Source: a virus
Taxonomy: Duplodnaviria; Caudoviricetes
Direction: 5' to 3' (one strand)
IMG/VR virus record: IMGVR_UViG_3300049982_000039
Location: 1 to 37,917 of that record
DNA: 37,917 nucleotides
Shown here: positions 36,136 to 37,917 of the stretch, one piece after another
How the letters are laid out: every line of letters starts with the position of its first letter
Position numbering within the stretch: position 1 is the first letter of the stretch
Translations under genes and position numbers: made by a program
Notes under the pieces: generated by a model
What the model was told of the DNA's origin: nothing
Databases searched by the model: none
Seen by the model: only the letters and a program-made list of their open reading frames with translations

Positions 36136-36396
36136 ATGCCGGACAAATTCAAAGACACCCTCAATCTTCCTATCGCCATACCAGCCTGGGGTCTCGTCGT
36201 CATGCTGATCGGGGGTGTATTCACTGCCGGCGTGACGTTTCAAAAGCTGGATCAGGTCATCGAGACGACGAAGAAGATCGATGTGATACAGGAGCGGCAA
36301 ATCAACGGGCTGGCAACACTGCGAGCCCACGACGCGCAGTTGCTGAACCACGACGCGCGCATTACCAACCTTGAACAAGCGATGAGGCAGAAATGA
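36136..36396 (+). CDS. Single-TM coiled-coil protein, holin/antiholin candidate
   Basis: One TM helix plus coiled coil at the start of the lysis cassette. Confidence 0.6.
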   Translation: MPDKFKDTLNLPIAIPAWGLVVMLIGGVFTAGVTFQKLDQVIETTKKIDVIQERQINGLATLRAHDAQLLNHDARITNLEQAMRQK

Positions 36397-36863
36397 TCAT
36401 CACGACACTGCTCTCATTTTTAGGCGGCAATGCCTTCCGCATGATCTTCGGAGAGGTCACCGCCTACTTCGACAAGCGACGCGAGCACGAAGCCGAAATG
36501 GAGCGCATGCGGCTGCAAGGCGAAATGGAAGCCGCAGCGCACGAACGCAACCTTGCCGCGATCAAGCTGCAGGCCGACATGGGCGTTCAGGTGATTCGCG
36601 TTCAGGGGGAGATCGACCTCGACAAGCTGGCCGCCGAAGGCTTCAACACGGCGGTTGAGCTCACCGGAAAGATGACCGGCATCGGATGGGTCGATGCATG
36701 GAATCAGTCGATCCGTCCATTCCTCGCCACGATCTGCATTTTCCTGATGGTGCGCCATGTGGCGACGATCGGATGGCGGATGGATGAGCAAGTGTGGGCG
36801 ATCGTCGGGGCAGCGCTCGGCATCTTCGTGGCTGACCGCCAACTGCTCAAGCGTGGCAAATGA
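36393..36863 (+). CDS. Multi-TM holin candidate
   Basis: N-terminal hydrophobic helix, coiled coil, WVDAWNQSIRP, two TM helices, basic C-terminus; directly before endolysin. Confidence 0.65.
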   Translation: MIITTLLSFLGGNAFRMIFGEVTAYFDKRREHEAEMERMRLQGEMEAAAHERNLAAIKLQADMGVQVIRVQGEIDLDKLAAEGFNTAVELTGKMTGIGWVDAWNQSIRPFLATICIFLMVRHVATIGWRMDEQVWAIVGAALGIFVADRQLLKRGK

Positions 36864-37321
36864 CACGAGCCGAATTCATCGACCTTGCGGTCAAGGTTGC
36901 GGAAGCGCTGGCCCGCCGGTTCGAGGGGCTGGTGCTGCATCCATACCTGTGCAGTGCCGGCGTCCCGTCGATCGGCTACGGGGCAACCTATTACCTCGAC
37001 GGCCGGCGCGTGACGCTGAGAGACCCGCCGATTACAAGAGCTGAAGCGGAAGTGCTATTGCGGGAAATGGTGCGAACCATCTACTTGCCGGCGGTCCTCA
37101 AGCTCTGCCCGAACATCGACACACCCGAGCGATTGGCCGCGCTGATCGACTTTACCTTCAACCTGGGCGCCGGGAATCTGAAGGTGTCAACCCTGCGCAA
37201 GCGGGTCAATTCCGGAGATTGGGCGGCCGCCAAAGAGGAAATCATGAAGTGGATTCGCGGCGGGGGCAGGGTGCTGCGGGGGCTGTTTCTGCGGCGCGGA
37301 GCCGAACGAAATTTAATGTAG
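36860..37321 (+). CDS. Endolysin, GH24 lysozyme
   Basis: FEGLVLHPYLCSAGVPSIGYG, DFTFNLG, STLRKRVN, GLFLRR..E. Confidence 0.93.
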   Translation: MTRAEFIDLAVKVAEALARRFEGLVLHPYLCSAGVPSIGYGATYYLDGRRVTLRDPPITRAEAEVLLREMVRTIYLPAVLKLCPNIDTPERLAALIDFTFNLGAGNLKVSTLRKRVNSGDWAAAKEEIMKWIRGGGRVLRGLFLRRGAERNLM

Positions 37322-37330
37322 GGGGTGAAC

Positions 37331-37549
37331 ATGGCAGACGACGCAGACAAAACTGATCATAACATCGAGCAATTGACGCAGGCCGCCATATGGCAGGCTA
37401 GGTCGGCACCGATGCTCAAGCCCAATGGCAAGTGCCATTCCAGTTCATGCGGAGAATGTGTTCCTGACAAACTGCGATTCTGCGGGCCTCAATGCCGGGA
37501 TGATTTCCAGGCGGAAGAGGATGCCATGAAGCGGGCAGGCCGGCGATGA
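37331..37549 (+). CDS. TraR/DksA-like C4 zinc-finger protein
   Basis: MADDAD acidic tip; C....C...C...C cluster. Confidence 0.7.
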   Translation: MADDADKTDHNIEQLTQAAIWQARSAPMLKPNGKCHSSSCGECVPDKLRFCGPQCRDDFQAEEDAMKRAGRR

Positions 37550-37737
37550 GCGACGAGAAAGGCCCCATCCTTGCCGAGATCGAATGCAGCGATTTTGTTC
37601 CGTCCATCACCATCGCTCAGACTCGCTATGACAGGCTGCGTGCAAGGGAAGCGGCTCTAATCAAGTTCGTCCGGATGCAGCGAGCGCTTGAGGCAGCGTG
37701 GAACGAGATAGATGAGCTGGTGGGGCGGGACGGTTAA
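37546..37737 (+). CDS. Hypothetical protein
   Basis: ATGA coupling. Confidence 0.55.
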   Translation: MSDEKGPILAEIECSDFVPSITIAQTRYDRLRAREAALIKFVRMQRALEAAWNEIDELVGRDG

Positions 37738-37770
37738 GCGCGCTGCAGGTCGTATCCCATAAATTAGGTA

Positions 37771-37786
37771 TGGCAAGAAAGTTGCA
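37771..37786 (+). promoter_or_regulatory. Sigma54-type -24/-12 promoter upstream of the secreted moron
   Basis: TGGCAAGAAAGTTGCA gives GG-N10-GC; moron ATG at 37840 (equals position 53). Confidence 0.55.
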
Positions 37787-37787
37787 T

Positions 37788-37917
37788 AAAGTTTACATTG
37801 CAATAAAACAAATGCCTTACTGCTAAATATGGAGATAACATGAGAAAGTTGGCTCTTAGTCTCGTTCTGGGATTTAGTGCAATCTTTGGGTATGCACAAA
37901 CTCCTGAGCAATTTGCC
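37788..37917 (+). repeat. Terminal direct repeat, right copy
   Basis: Identical to 1-130 apart from one base; implies a unit length of 37787 bp. Confidence 0.97.

Larger units (their letters stand above)
1..37917. mobile_element. Complete temperate HK97/lambda-like siphophage genome, circular form with intact attP
   Basis: Full set of integration, immunity, replication, packaging, head, tail and lysis genes; terminal 130-bp overlap; no host genes at either end. Confidence 0.95.

Overview
The window is an apparently complete ~37.8-kb temperate siphophage genome in its excised, circular form. The last 130 bp repeat the first 130 bp (one mismatch), and an intact attP next to the integrase carries the 3' part of a tRNA-Arg(ACG) of betaproteobacterial type; a Burkholderiales host is inferred, not shown. 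Gene order is lambdoid/HK97-like: attP-int-xis, a leftward early operon of small proteins, an AT-rich gene in the lambda rex position, a short cI without peptidase domain, cro, TTAGG-N4-CCTAA operators, a ParB-like/SF2 helicase/TOPRIM primase replication module, a LexA-DNA-binding-domain protein, a Q-like gene with late promoter and terminator, HNH-terS-terL-portal-protease-capsid, an inserted fibre-like module, head-tail joining and tail genes with a -1 frameshift, a lysis cassette without obvious spanins, a TraR-like gene and a secreted moron. The most striking unexplained element is a ~430-nt non-coding region directly after the primase that folds on the + strand into a multi-helix, G-U- and GNRA-rich structure (candidate large ncRNA or RNA-primed origin). 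Other points of interest: the lectin-tipped 22/26-aa repeat fibre module, paired HTH-less repressor-like paralogues, a non-cleavable LexA mimic, a structured late leader and a sigma54-type promoter for the moron. All calls come from motif reading by eye; no searches were run.
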